A model generated the notes under the pieces. That model searched no databases and had not been told where the DNA came from. It was given only the letters and a program-made list of their open reading frames with translations. The position numbers were made by a program, and so were the translations under genes. 64,000 nt of DNA from Macrostomum hystrix. Its lineage: Eukaryota > Animalia > Platyhelminthes. Shown here in pieces: positions 27,056-44,224 of this stretch. Numbering within the stretch: position 1 is the first letter of the stretch; every line of letters starts with the position of its first letter. The stretch spans positions 4,030,001 through 4,094,000 of the forward strand of contig CATNEN010000008.1 of the NCBI GenBank assembly GCA_950097015.1. The letters run 5' to 3'.

Positions 27056-27299
27056 GCACAGCCGCAGCTATTGCGCGGCGCATCTGAAGGCTGCGTACAG
27101 CTGTTCAGTCCATAGACTGGGGGGGGACACCACACCCACATTTAATTATATCCGAGCAAATTCTGTTACATATTTAACAGCTGAAGTAATGCAGAATTAA
27201 GCGTCTTGAGAAAGGACACACATTGTTCCACTGAAGTCGGGAATCGAACCCCAGAACTTCAAGTCGTGAGTCCGACGCCCTAACCACTAGGCTACTACC
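27056..27299 (-). mobile_element. tRNA-headed CORE-like SINE family B, near full length
   Basis: Minus strand reads TAGCCTAGTGGTTAGGG (A-box) ... GGTTCGATTCCC (B-box), then GTGTCCTTTCTCAAGACGCTTAATT..TTACTTCAG (CORE-like). The 3' tail is shared with 5089-5302. Confidence 0.8.
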
Positions 27300-28996
27300 T
27301 CTTTTGGTTACAACCTCTTTTCTCTCTCATAAAGCTCATTAATACCTTTGCGTTATTCACAAATGCAAATTAGAGGTGGGTCCGCGCAATTCATCTTTTC
27401 CGAGTTTGATATTTTGATTCAAATAAACAAATAATGCATGGTGTAATCGACTTTGCTATTATTCAACTAGTTTTGCGGTAAAATGGAGGTAAAAATGATA
27501 CTTTTGTGCCATTTATTTTAATAACGTTGTTTTGATAATGCCAAAATGTTTTGTATGTAATGAATATAATTTATGTACTTTTTTCGAAACCGATCCCTAT
27601 TAGCCTGGACTGGCAGTCTTTTAACGGCGTCTTTGCTTTTGGTAGGAGACTTTGGGCAGCGCATGTATATAGACTAGAGACGGCGTTTAATTTTTTTGTG
27701 GTCAAACTGTTATTGATAAAATTATTTTTAGGAAGTTCGGTCTTTGCTTTATTCAGTTTTAGTTAATTTCGTCTATTCTCTAACTTCTAAGGTCTATATT
27801 TTCTTAAACAATCGTCTTGGATCCTCTTGACTCTTATCTCATGTATGCTTGGCAGAGTATTGGCCTATGCCATGTAGAAATAATATAAACAAAAATCATC
27901 GTGAGGGATTTCGTATTTTTTGGTGTTTACACGGACCACAACAAACAGACCCAACAGAATTAAAAACAGTCATATCCTCACCTCAGTAAAGAGCAAATTA
28001 CTCGAGCAATAGAAAATATATGTTTGTTTCAAGAGAAGTGACCCAGTGTTCAATTTAATCTGTTTCAATTTATGGCTATAAAAATTCGACTGACAAGTAA
28101 GTGCTTTGTGTGATATGTTATATGATGTGATATGATATGTGATATGATAGGCCCTATATTGCAACATTATATTTTTTGAATTTAGGCCAACCTGTTAGAT
28201 ATGCTAAATAAAATTGTTTTGTGGCTTTTTAAAGGGATATAAATGTCAATCCTTCTGGTGAATTGTGTTGCAGCATTAGTATTATTAATATTTAGCAGTT
28301 AAGTAGTCTATTATTACTTGGAAGTAGGATTAGGCCTAGTAGTACATAATCATAGAATTTAAATTTTTAAAGAAATAGTAGTATCCAGCTATTTTTATAT
28401 GAAGTAAGATATATTAAATGCCAGTTTTTTATGATAATTTGTTCATTTGAGGAGACATAGGATTTGAATTTAATTTTTTCTGCTTTAACTTTCTAGATTC
28501 AACTAGTTTTTTTCTAACCAACAAAAACCTGTCTTAAATATAATTGTTTTATCTAATTTAAAGTTTGTACATAGTCAATATAAGTGTTTGTGTTTCTCAA
28601 AACTACCATAAAATTGCAAGGCAAATGTAGATATTTTCTTAGCATCATTTATAGCTAATAAAACTATGTTAACTTAAGTTTTTGTACACTGATTTGTCTC
28701 ACATAGCTGAAATATAAAGCAGTTTTAATATAGTTTCATAGTTTACAAACTTTGGGAAACCACAAGCGTTTTTCTATTTTAATATAAAATATTCTCCATT
28801 GTGCTTTGGTTCATTTAACTGTAAGATGTGTTACCAGCCTTAGCTGGGTAGAAATTAGGGTTGGTGTTGTGACAAGTCAAGTTTAAAAAAATCCCTGGTA
28901 GAATAAAGTCAAATACTGTAAAGCTATAATAAACTATTGTTTTCATGCCCTTACTTAGTTTTGCATCTTATTATCCGTTTTTAACTTTTTTTTCAG

Positions 28997-33664
<4,668 letters not shown>

Positions 33665-34126
33665 ATCCTATCCAACCTACTCATAGTAGGTGGGAGCAAA
33701 CCCGGGCTTATTGCAGCTATTCAAATTTCACATCTCATTTTCGCGGACATTTGTTCATAGATTTGTCGATCACTACTGAAAAATACCTATATCGATACAT
33801 ATCGGATAGATAAGCTTTCACTGTATTAAAATAGTTATTATTGTGCTAATTAAGACCAGGTTACTATGGTAACTATGTCTTCATTTCTATATTTCTTGAA
33901 TGAACTTTCGCGTATGTTCAAAAGATCAGAAAGTGGTCCCGACTTGCCACTTGTGTTTGTGTTTGTACAGAAAGAGTTAATCTTTTGTTCATGAACATAT
34001 CTCGCGGTACTTTCCAGGGTTTTTGCGGCATTGCCACATCTTACTTGCGTTTTAAGTAATCATAAACAACTCAGTGAAATCCTATTGTCTGTTGATTCCA
34101 TGTGCCATTCCATTCTTCACCTTCCA

Positions 34127-35515
34127 TAGCACACCTGCAATCCTACACCTGCAATCCCACACCTGCAATCCTACACCTGCAATCCCACACCTGCAACCCC
34201 ACACCTGCAACCCCACACCTGCAACCCCACAACTGTAATCCCACACCTGCAACCCCACAACTGTAATCTCAGATCTAAAATCCCACACCTGAAATCCCAC
34301 ATCTGCAATACAACACTTGCAATCCCACACCTGCAACCCCTCACCCGCTATCCCACACCTGCAACCCCACACCCGCAATCCCACACCTGCAATCCAACAC
34401 CTGCAATCCCACACCTGCAATCCCACACCTGCAACCCCTCACCTGCTATCCCACACCTGCAACCCCACACCCGCAATCCCACACCTGCAATCCCACACCT
34501 GCAATCCCAAATCTACAATCCCACACCTGTAACCCCACACCTGCAATCCCAAATCTACAATCCCACACCTGTAACCCCACACCTGCAATCCCACACCTGC
34601 AACCCCACATCTACAATCCCACACCTGCAATCCCAAATCTACAATCCCACACCTGTAACCCCACACCTGCAATCCCACACCTGCAATCCCAAATCTACAA
34701 TCCCACACCTGTAACCCCACACCTGCAATCCCACACCTGTAACCCCACACCTGCAATCCCACACCTGCAACCCCACACCTGCAATCCCACACCTGCAACC
34801 CCACAACTGTAATCCTACACCTGCAACCCCTCACCTGCTATCCCACACCTGCAGTCCACATCTACAATCCCACACCTGCAACCCCACACCTGCAACCCCA
34901 CACCTGCAACCCCACACCTGCAACCCCACACCTGCAACCCCACACCTGCAACCCCACAACTGTAATCCCATACCTGCAACCCCACAACTGTAATCCCACA
35001 CCTGCAACCCCACAACTGTAATCCCAGATCTAAAATCCCACACCTGAATTCCCACACCTGCAATCCTACACCTGCAATTCCACACCTGCAACCCCACACC
35101 TGCAACCCCACAACTGTAATCTCAGATCTAAAATCCCACACCTGAAATCCCACATCTGCAATACAACACATGCAATCCCACACCTGCAACCCCTCACCCG
35201 CTATCCCACACCTGCAACCCCACACCCGCAATCCCACACCTGCAATCCAACACCTGCAATCCCACACCTGCAATCCCACACCTGCAACCCCTCACCTGCT
35301 ATCCCACACCTGCAACCCCACACCCGCAATCCCACACCTGCAATCCCACACCTGCAACCCCACACCCGCAATCCCACACCTGCAATCCCACACCTGCTAT
35401 CCCACACCTGCTATACCACACCTGCAGTCCACATCTACAATCCCACACCTGCAATCCCAAATCTACAATCCCACACCTGCAATCCCAAATCTACAATCCC
35501 ACACCTGCAGTCCAC
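34127..35515. repeat. Minisatellite, 14-nt unit CCCACACCTGCAA(T/C)
   Basis: About 95 units between Smurf and CPT1, with a block duplication at offset 853 (ORFs at 34317 and 35170). Confidence 0.97.
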
Positions 35516-36180
35516 ATCCGCAATACATACTTTAATTTTTTTCCAATCAGTGATATGTTTTGATTTGTTAGAGTAAGTCTGAATACCTGATTTTAAACTT
35601 TTTTAAATCTTTCTATTCATCAGAATACATGCCATTTTTAACAACATGACAAGCGAAAACAGATAGCCATATCTAGAAATGCCATCGCGTCTTCTTATTA
35701 TTCTCCTCTGTGATAGTACTTGTACATTTATCTTAAGTACAAATTATCATAGCAAAATTTGTATGTACTTTATTTCACCAATTTTCGTGACTTGTATAAA
35801 TATAATGTTTTGATTCTGTTTAGTTATTGCTAATTAATTTGGGCATAAGTGTTTACTTGTTTGTAAATATGATCGAGTGTTATGCTATTAGGAGGCATAT
35901 CGATTGATAAGTGATTTGAATAATTAACAAGTGTAAACCTAATTGCGCTTTTCTAATCAAATCTAATATACTAGCCCAAAGATGGCTGCATTGTGCTTCA
36001 AAGAGTAATTTATTATTATTTTATTTGCGTTTTTATTACATATATGATTTATTGCGCTTGTGATAAGGCTCAAACCACTAGACTTTTCTTATTTTTAGGG
36101 AGGGAGAAGTTAGCAGAACGATAATAAAGGGGGTAGTCTGTGTGAAAGTGTGAGAGAATAAAGCATAGGGGGTTAAAAGA

Positions 36181-36331
36181 ACGGACCAATCAGAAGGCGG
36201 CGTGGGGCAGGCTGATCAGAGAGTTAATCTTTCTCAGCCTAAGCACGTGACTAATCTTCGCCAATGAAAATTTGAAGACGAATTTCCTCGTAAGTAGATT
36301 TTTATAGTACCTACTTTTGTCTATTTTTCAG
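36181..36331 (+). promoter_or_regulatory. Probable CPT1 promoter or 5' leader (CCAAT x2, GC-box-like motif, E-box) and a 42-nt 5'UTR intron
   Basis: CCAAT at 36186 and 36261, GGCGTGGGGC, CACGTG at 36244, and GTAAGT(36290)...TTTTCAG(36331). Confidence 0.55.
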
Positions 36332-36405
36332 TGCCGAGGTGGTTTGTTAATTTTCCATCAACCTTAAAAAAAGTACATCTTAGCTCCAACAGCACAGACG
36401 AAGCC

Positions 36406-39400
36406 ATGGCCGAAGCCAGGGTGGCGGTGTCCGAGCCGAAGATGGCCGCCGGTCAGATGGAGGAAGGCCGCGACACTTTGCACGATGTGGCCAAGGCTTG
36501 GAGGAAGTCACTGGTTCGAAGATTCTTCGCCACTAGGTCTGCAGCGAGACTAAAGAGGGAGACGGTAGATTCGAGAGGGAGAGGCGATAGATTCGAGAGG
36601 TAGAGATGGTAGATTTGAGAGGGAGAGATGGTAGATTGGATAAGGGAGAGATGGAAGATTGGATGAGGGAGAGACGGTAGATTGGATGAGGGAGGGGTGG
36701 TAGATTAGATAAGGGAGAGATGGAAGATTGGATGAGGGAGAGATGGTAGATTAGATAAGGGAGAGATGGAAGATTGGATGAGGGAGAGACGGTAGATTGG
36801 ATGAAGGAGAGACTGTAGATTGGATGAGGGAGAGATGGAAGATTGGATGAGGGAGAGACGGAAGATTGGATGAGGGAGAGATGGAAGATTGGATGAGGGA
36901 GAGACGGTAGATTGGATGAGGGAGAGATGGTAGATAAGTTGAGGAAGAGATGGTAGATTCAACAGGGAGAGACGGTCGATTGGATGAGGTGAGATGGTGG
37001 ATTGGATGAGGGAGAGATGTTAGATTCGAGAGGCAGAGAAGGTAGATTGGATGAGGGAGAGACGGTAGATTCGAGAGGGAGAGATGGAAGATTGGATGAG
37101 GGAGAGACGGTAGATTCGAGAGGGAGAGATGGAAGATTGGATGAGGGAGAGACGGTAGATTCGAGAGGGAGAGATGGAAGATTGGATGAGGGAGAGACGG
37201 TAGATTCGAGAGGGAGAGATGGAAGATTGGATGAGGGAGAGACGGTAGATTCGAGAGGGAGAGATGGAAGATTGGATGAGGGAGAGACGGTAGATTGGAT
37301 GAGGGAGAGACGGTAGATTCGAGAGGGAGAGATGGAAGATTGGATGAGGGAGAGACGGTAGATTGGATGAGGGAGAGACGGTAGACTCCCGCCACTCCGC
37401 CTCACCCAGGAACTCCATCTACAACGGCCTGTGGCCCACGCACATCTACAATCTGATGGTGACCACCGGGCTTGTGACTCTGCTGCTATTCTGGGATCCG
37501 GTTTGGGCCCAAGCCTTCACCAACCGGCTATGGGATCTGGCCGATCTGCTGAACATAGGCGATTCGATTCCCTACACAATTCGAGTGCCTCTGGTTGCTA
37601 TCGCATTTGGCCTAATATTTTTCATCCTGCTGCTGTACCTCAGGCGGTACGCGCTGAGGGCGCTGCTGTCTTACAAGGGCTGGATGTACCAGCCACCCCG
37701 GACCCAGAGCTGGACTACCCTCGCCTGGGGTCTGCTTGTGCGCATTGTGTCCGGGTATAAACCCAGCACCTACTCGTGCCAGGCCGCCTTGCCGCGAATG
37801 CCGGTGCCACCGCTGAGGCGCACCCTCAACCAGCTGATTGACAGCCTGACTCCCCTGTACGGTCAGGAGAGCGCCGAGGTCAAGGAGTTCAAACGTCAGG
37901 CGGCGGTCTTTGAGAAATCTCTCGGTTATAAACTGCAACGCGTGCTGCAGCTCAAGTCGTGGTGGGCGCCCAACTATGTCACGGATTGGTGGTGAGTTGC
38001 TGTAGGGGTGCAGATTAACAGTAAGACTACCAATTGTCATTTTGCCGCCCGTTTTTATACCAAGGGGGAGTTGATTTTTCTAAAAAAACTTTCTTGCAGC
38101 GCCCGAATGGTTGACAGACTAGGCGAGGGTGTCCTGTGGTTGAGGCTTGATCAGTGAAATTGGAGAAATTCGCGTCAGGGTGTCCATACTGTAGGGGTGT
38201 TCGGGGTTCGGGGTCGGGTCGGGTTTCGGGTCGGGTTTTGGTACCGGGTTCGGGTTCGGGGGTAGGTGTCCGGGTCGGGTTCGAGGTTCGGGGTAGGGTG
38301 TTCGGGTTCGGGTTTCCGGGTCGGGTTTTGGCACCGGTTCGGGGTTTAATTTTATTTCAGTTTTACTTAATTATTATTACCTTATTATGAGATAAAGCGT
38401 ACCTTTCAGAATCGCGCCAATTCAAAAAAATTACCTCGTGAACTAAACTGGCGTACGCATAATGCACTGCACTAAGGAAGGACTTAATAATCTGATCCAG
38501 TATCCAGTAATCATTCTAATGTAAATATATCATTCTATGAATTTTCGGCCCTGCATTATAATATTCCATAGTGAAAGGAATGATCTATATATCCAAAGTC
38601 TAAACTGCATTATGTCTTATGTATTTAATTATGTTTTATTTTTACCTAGCCAGCTAGTTAAGTAGGTAATCCCACATCCAGGCTAACAGAGAACTTGTAG
38701 ACCTTTACTAAACAGAGCAAATCATATTAATGATTATCTATTCTCTATATAGCCGGTTCGTTTACTGTCATCCATTCAGTAAAGTTTTTTAGCAATTTAT
38801 TTTTCTAGCATATAAGCTCTAGCCTTAGCCCTGCTTTTAGCCTTAGCTTATAATTTATGTATTAGGGGCTAGGGCTACACTGTTGCTGACTACTGACTAG
38901 CAGCATGTCTGAGACTATAAGAGCAGATAAATATGAACACAGTCAGGTAGTTCAGAGTCTACCTGACCTACCTGATCTTTTAGATGCTTATCAAAATCAT
39001 AAGCATCTAAAAGTAAGCAGTTGATTATATAAGTTCTAGCAATTTATTTATATATCTGAAGAGCGAAGAGTACGACTGAGGAGTTGAGTGGTGTAGTCAT
39101 AGTGGGGAGAAGAGTTAACAATTGAAAAGTAGAAAGAGGAAAATGTGGAATACTGGTATTTTAAGACATGCATACTGCCTCAACCATGACTCCAAGTCCA
39201 GGAGATAGTCGGGTAAAGTTCGGGGTCGGGTCGGGTTTTAAGTCCGGGTCGGGTTCCGGGTTCGGGGTTAAGGGCTCGGGTCGGGTTCCGGGTTCGGGGT
39301 CAGTGTACCGGAAAAAAATGGAAACCCGAACACCCCTAGTCCATAGTGGCCTAGTTCTACCTGTTGAACTCCTTGAAGGTCCATCAGTCCGTCTAGATAA

Positions 39401-42400
39401 AGGTAGGTGACCACCGAAGACGAAGATGGTGCAGGCACATTCGGGTGGCATGTCGATAGATTTTGAAGACCTGGCAAGGCCGCACTGAGGCGCAGTGCTA
39501 ATTCGTGTATAGGGGTGTATGAAATACACTAGCGCTTAAGGGAGAAATTCGACATTATTCGGCCAGAACCATTGAATATCTCGACGGTCTGAAGAGCTGG
39601 CGACTTGATTCTTGTTTCAGAAGATGCGCAACAAAAATTTGACCCGTGTTCTTGAGTATCATGTGCTTGCGTTGCTCCGTTCGGTTGCAGGACAAAATTT
39701 GTCTGGTGGGGAGTGAATTCCTCCCTTGGTAGTCCTTGGTAGTTAAGTGATTTAAAAAAATCGCACTTTTCAGGGAGAAGTACGTCTATCTGATGAGTCG
39801 CTCGCCATTGCCAATCAACAGCAACTATTATATATTGGATCACAGCTACTTCAAGCCCACATCAGATCCCGCGGCTCGGTGAGCTCATTGTGCTTTACAG
39901 TGGAGTAGACCGGAATAGTGCGGAATAGGAATAATAAGTTTGCTCAATTTTTTAACTCCACCTTTTTGGCACTCCCCAGTGCGGGCTACATTGTCCATCA
40001 CCTGTTGAAGGTGAAGCGCATGCTAGACAGGGAAGAAATAGAGCCGCTACTGATTCGCAGCACAATTCCCGTCTGTATGAGCCAGTACGAGAGGGCATTC
40101 TCAACTACTAGGTGAGTCTGTCGTGGTTTTGTTCAGTGTTGAGCTAAATGTTTATGTTTTATCGTGTTTTGCGAAAAAAAACAGCTGCCATTAAAACTGC
40201 AGAGTTCCGGGTGATGAATTCGATGAATTAGTTCACTATCCGTCATCAAAGAGCAAGGTTTGTTTTTATAACTACTTGTCAGTAGCTAGTGTAGCAATTT
40301 CCGTGTTTTATTTATTTCTCAACCATGAAATATATTTCTTTCAGCACATCATTGTATTGTCTTCTGGCCATTACTACAAACTGGATGTCTACGATGCTGA
40401 GGGGAGAATTTTGTCTCCTAAAACTTTGGAGGAGCTGTTTCGAGGAATTATCGAGGAATTCCAAGCAGCATTCCAGTGAGGCTTTTGGTCATGTTTGAGA
40501 TGGGACTGTCACAAAAACCCCTCCGATCCTATTTTGTCTATCTTATCGGGCGCTTTGTGTCAGCAAAGAATGCCGCGTTCTACTGATAAGTTTGTTGTTG
40601 TCAGCCAATAGTAAGCGTGCGTCACCCACCCCAAAAAGCTTGTCTTTCGTGTATCGGATAGGTGCCAACCAATAGGAACCGGCCTGTTTTGCACCGGCAA
40701 AAAAATTCGTGCCTAAAGGAGGGGGTGGGTGTCGGCCAATAGGAAGCGACTTCATTTATACCGACAAAAAATCTCGTCCCTAGTGGAGGGTTGGGGTGTC
40801 TGCAAATAGAAAGCGGCTTCAGTTACACCGACTAAAAAATCTCGTCCCTAGTGGAGGGGGTGGCTGTCTGCCAATAGGAACCGGCCTGTCTTGCAACTGG
40901 CTAAAAAATCTCGTCCTAATGGACTGGGTGGGTATCTGCCAAAAGTAAGCGACCTTGTTTATACCGACGAAAATCTCGTCCCTAATGGAAGGGGTGGCTG
41001 TTTGCCAAAAGAAATAGGCTTGTCCTGAACCGACAAAAAATCTCGTCCCTCGTGGAGTTAGATTTTTAGATTTTAGTACTTGTCAGCTAAATTGGAACCC
41101 TGCTCCTTCCAGCTTGCCTACATATCTTGTCTCTTCTGTGGAAATTTTGCCTGCCAATCAACGTCATGCTTCACGCCCCACCTCCATTTTCAAATCGCAG
41201 TCAGCGAATCGGAATCTCGCCTAGCAGCCCTGACAGCGCTGGATCGAAGCAAGTGGGCCAAGATCCGGCGTCGCTATTTCCTAGAAAACATCGAATCCGC
41301 CAATCGGGATTTTCTGACTAAATTGGAGTCGGCTATTAATGTGGTGTCATTCTGCGACGAACCAGTCTCTGAGGACTTTAGCGATCGCGGCAAGATGGGC
41401 CTGCACGGCAACGGCAAGAATATCTGGTTCGACAAGAACCACAATGTGATCTTCTTTCCTAGCGGCAGATTCGCTGTTCACTGCGAGCACTCCTGGGCCG
41501 ATGCGCCCGTGTTTGCCCACGTGATCGAATACGTCTACACGGCCGAAGCCATGGATCCCAGCAAGATCTACGACTCGGCCGGGCATTGCCTGGCTGATTC
41601 CGCCGACTCGACGGGTCCAATGCGTCGACCTGAGCGACTGGTCTGGCAATGCTGCGAAGAGCTTGGCCATGAGATCGACGCTGCGTTCGATTTCGGCGTG
41701 AAGGTGCGTATTTAATTTGATTACTACTTACTAGTCTGTTTAGAGTATGAAACCTCCAAACAACAGGTTTTTTACTCACCAGGTTCCTAACCTTTTAATG
41801 CGACACACACACATTATACTACTGACCATTGCACTGAGTAGTCTGATTAGAGTACACAATAACACTCATCTAAATTACCAGAACAACACCGACTTAGACC
41901 TGGTTGTACGCGACTTTAACGAATACGGCAAAGGCGTCATCAAGTGCTTCAAGGTGAGCCCGGACGCCTACGTCCAGATGGTGCTGCACCTGGCCTACTA
42001 TCGCATGCACGGCCGCTTCGCCCTGACCTACGAGTCCTCCATGACCCGCCTGTTCCTGTGCGGCCGCACCGAGACTGTGCGCTCCCTGACCCAGAGCGCC
42101 TGCGACTTTGTGCTGGCCATGTGCGCCAAGGAGTGCGACTCGGGACTGCGCATCCGGCTGCTGCGGCGGGCTGCCGATGAGCACCAGACCAGCTACCGCA
42201 ATGCCATGGCCGGCCTGGGGTCAGTGCGGGGGGTGCGGGGGTCATTGCTGAAGCCATTGCTGAAGCCATTGCTGAAGCCATTGCTGAAGCCATTGCTGAA
42301 GCCATTGCTGTGATCAGTACTCCGGTCATAGCTGGGGCCATTGCTGTGATGTGTAGGTGTCATTACTGGACTCTTTATTACTGAGGTCGTTGCTAGGGTC

Positions 42401-43149
42401 ATAGCTCAGTGGATACCTGAGGATCAGAGCTCGGGTCAGAGCTGGGATCAGAGCTCGGGTCAGAGCTGGGATCAGAGCTCGGGTCAGAGCTGGGATCAGA
42501 GCTCGGGTCACAGCTGGGATCAGAGCTCGGGTCACAGCTGGGATCAGAGCTCGGGTCACAGCTGGGATCAGAGCTCGGGTCACAGCTGGGATCAGAGCTC
42601 GGGTCACAGCTGGGATCAGACCATGGGTCCGAGCTTGGGTCAAAGCTGGGATCAGAGCTCGGGTCAGAGCTGGGGTCAGAGCTGGGATCAGAGCTGGGAT
42701 CAGAGCTCGGGTCAGAGCTGGGATCAGAATTCATCGGAGCACTGCATCACAAATTAAGTTATTCCACCTGCTGCAGCTGCGATCGTCACCTGTTTGCTCT
42801 CTACGTGATCTGCCGCGGCCTTGGCTACGAGTCGGAGTTCCTGAAGTCCACCCTCACCCAGCCGTGGATCCTCAGCACCAGCCAGCAGCCGCAGCAGCAG
42901 CTGGCTGACACGCCCAGCTGCGACTCGCCAGAATTTCGCGACTGCGTCAGCCCGGGCGGCGGCTTTGGCCCGGTGGCCGACCAGGGCTACGGCGTCTCCT
43001 ACATGTTGGCCGGCGATTTTCGAATCTTCTTTCACGTGTCCAGCAAGCGTTCGGCGCCCGACACAGATTCCACCAGGTTTATGGATCACATCTACCAGGC
43101 TCTGCGCGACATCAAAGCCCTGTTTGACGGGCACAGCCATCCGGCTTAG
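36406..43149 (+). CDS. CPT1: Carnitine O-palmitoyltransferase 1-like acyltransferase, ~781 aa, 9 coding exons
   Basis: join(36406..36536,37410..37991,39774..39878,39980..40111,40203..40257,40345..40475,41205..41703,41882..42219,42777..43149). MAEA N-terminus, two TM segments, LPRMPVPPL, NYVTDWWEKYVYL, catalytic EHSWADAP, YESSMTRLFLCGRTETVRS, DRHLF, GGGFGPVADQGYGVSY. The 41205 acceptor was chosen over 41201 to keep frame. Confidence 0.94.
36555..37386. repeat. Purine-rich minisatellite, 22-23-nt unit GGGAGAGACGGTAGATTGGATGA
   Basis: Fills CPT1 intron 1 from about 18 nt after the donor to about 23 nt before the acceptor. Confidence 0.96.
38192..39338. mobile_element. Non-autonomous hAT-like DNA transposon with (G/T)TCGGG subterminal repeats
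   Basis: TIRs TAGGGGTGTTCGGG (38192) and CCCGAACACCCCTA (39338). Flanking 8-mers GTCCATAC (38182-38189, 2 nt from the TIR) and GTCCATAG (39339-39346). AT-rich non-coding core. Confidence 0.7.
40560..41057. repeat. Degenerate ~67-nt tandem repeat (GCCAATAGG..ACCGAC..AAAAATCTCGTCCCTAGTGGAGGGG)
   Basis: 7-8 diverged units in CPT1 intron 6. Confidence 0.88.
42242..42730. repeat. Two adjacent minisatellites (12-nt AAGCCATTGCTG; 12/24-nt GAGCTCGGGTCA/GAGCTGGGATCA)
   Basis: Both in CPT1 intron 8 (42220-42776). Confidence 0.93.
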
Positions 43150-44224
43150 CGCTTTATTCACTAGATTTTTCCTCTAGCTTGGGGAAGAGGACAATATTAC
43201 AGATTTGCTTACTGTGCTACTGAATAACGCTTGCGAGTAGATAGTTTAGGACATGGTCGACGTTTTCTAACCAATACTCAGCTTCGATGCTACCGATTTG
43301 AATTAACTGGCTTATATTTCCACCTTGGCTTGTATTTTTTTCTTCATCGTTTCCTTTAGTTTTCATATTTTTCTTTGGCTTGCATTTTTGTTTCTTGGGT
43401 TGGTATGAACATGGATTGGATAGTCGGATCAGATTTATGCAGTTCGACTGTTGACAAATAACAGTCACCGAGGATTTAAGAATATCACGTACTATTCTTA
43501 GTAACTCTTGTTTTTAGCTAGGCCCCAGTCATACTACTCACTATTTGAGCAAGTAGGCCATATTGTGTACGTTTTTTTCGCACGTTGTAACTGACCTTTG
43601 CTTTCTTGCTATTACAATTAGCCGCCGAGTGTTTTAATGTTTTAAATGATTTCATAGAAGATTTTATTTATATTCTCCTAATCCCATCTTTTTTAGTTCC
43701 GTATTTTAGTCTTTTCTAGCAATTCTCACATTTTTCATTAGTAGTCTACGACGAATTTTTACGATAAAATGACGCTTCAATGCGATATACTCTACTGACA
43801 GTAGAAATTATAGCTTTTTTCCGCGCGTTCTACAAATCGAATGTTATCGAATAATGTTTGCGATTCGCTAAATCCTGGTTGACGCTTTTTTATTCCTGGT
43901 TGTCATTTAAAGCCATGCCATATTGATAGAAGATTTTTACTCATTCCCACTTGGCTTTTCGCTGCTTTCACTGAGCAGTTTTCAAACTATTCGGATGGAC
44001 TATTGCATGGTAGTTTATTGCTTGCTTCTATTTTTTAATCGGTTTCAGAGTGAACACTTTTAAATAAAAACTCAGTATCGTAATTCGATTACAAAATTGG
44101 CTTTTTATCTTCCAATCGATGATTTCTTTAATATTCGTGCATTCTTATAATATTTTACTTGTTACCTGTTTCATTTCTACTCGCCTTCAGTTCTACCCCT
44201 CTCTCTCTATTTCTAACCCTCCCT

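Noticed and set aside
27230-27299. tRNA genes at 27230-27299, 31148-31220 and 31875-31946
   Set aside because: A/B boxes are present, but acceptor and anticodon stems do not pair properly and each continues into a shared SINE body.
27363-27375. Smurf start micro-exon MQIR(V)
   Set aside because: Phase and sequence fit the first C2 strand, but 13 nt is too little evidence; mentioned in the CDS evidence but left out of its coordinates.
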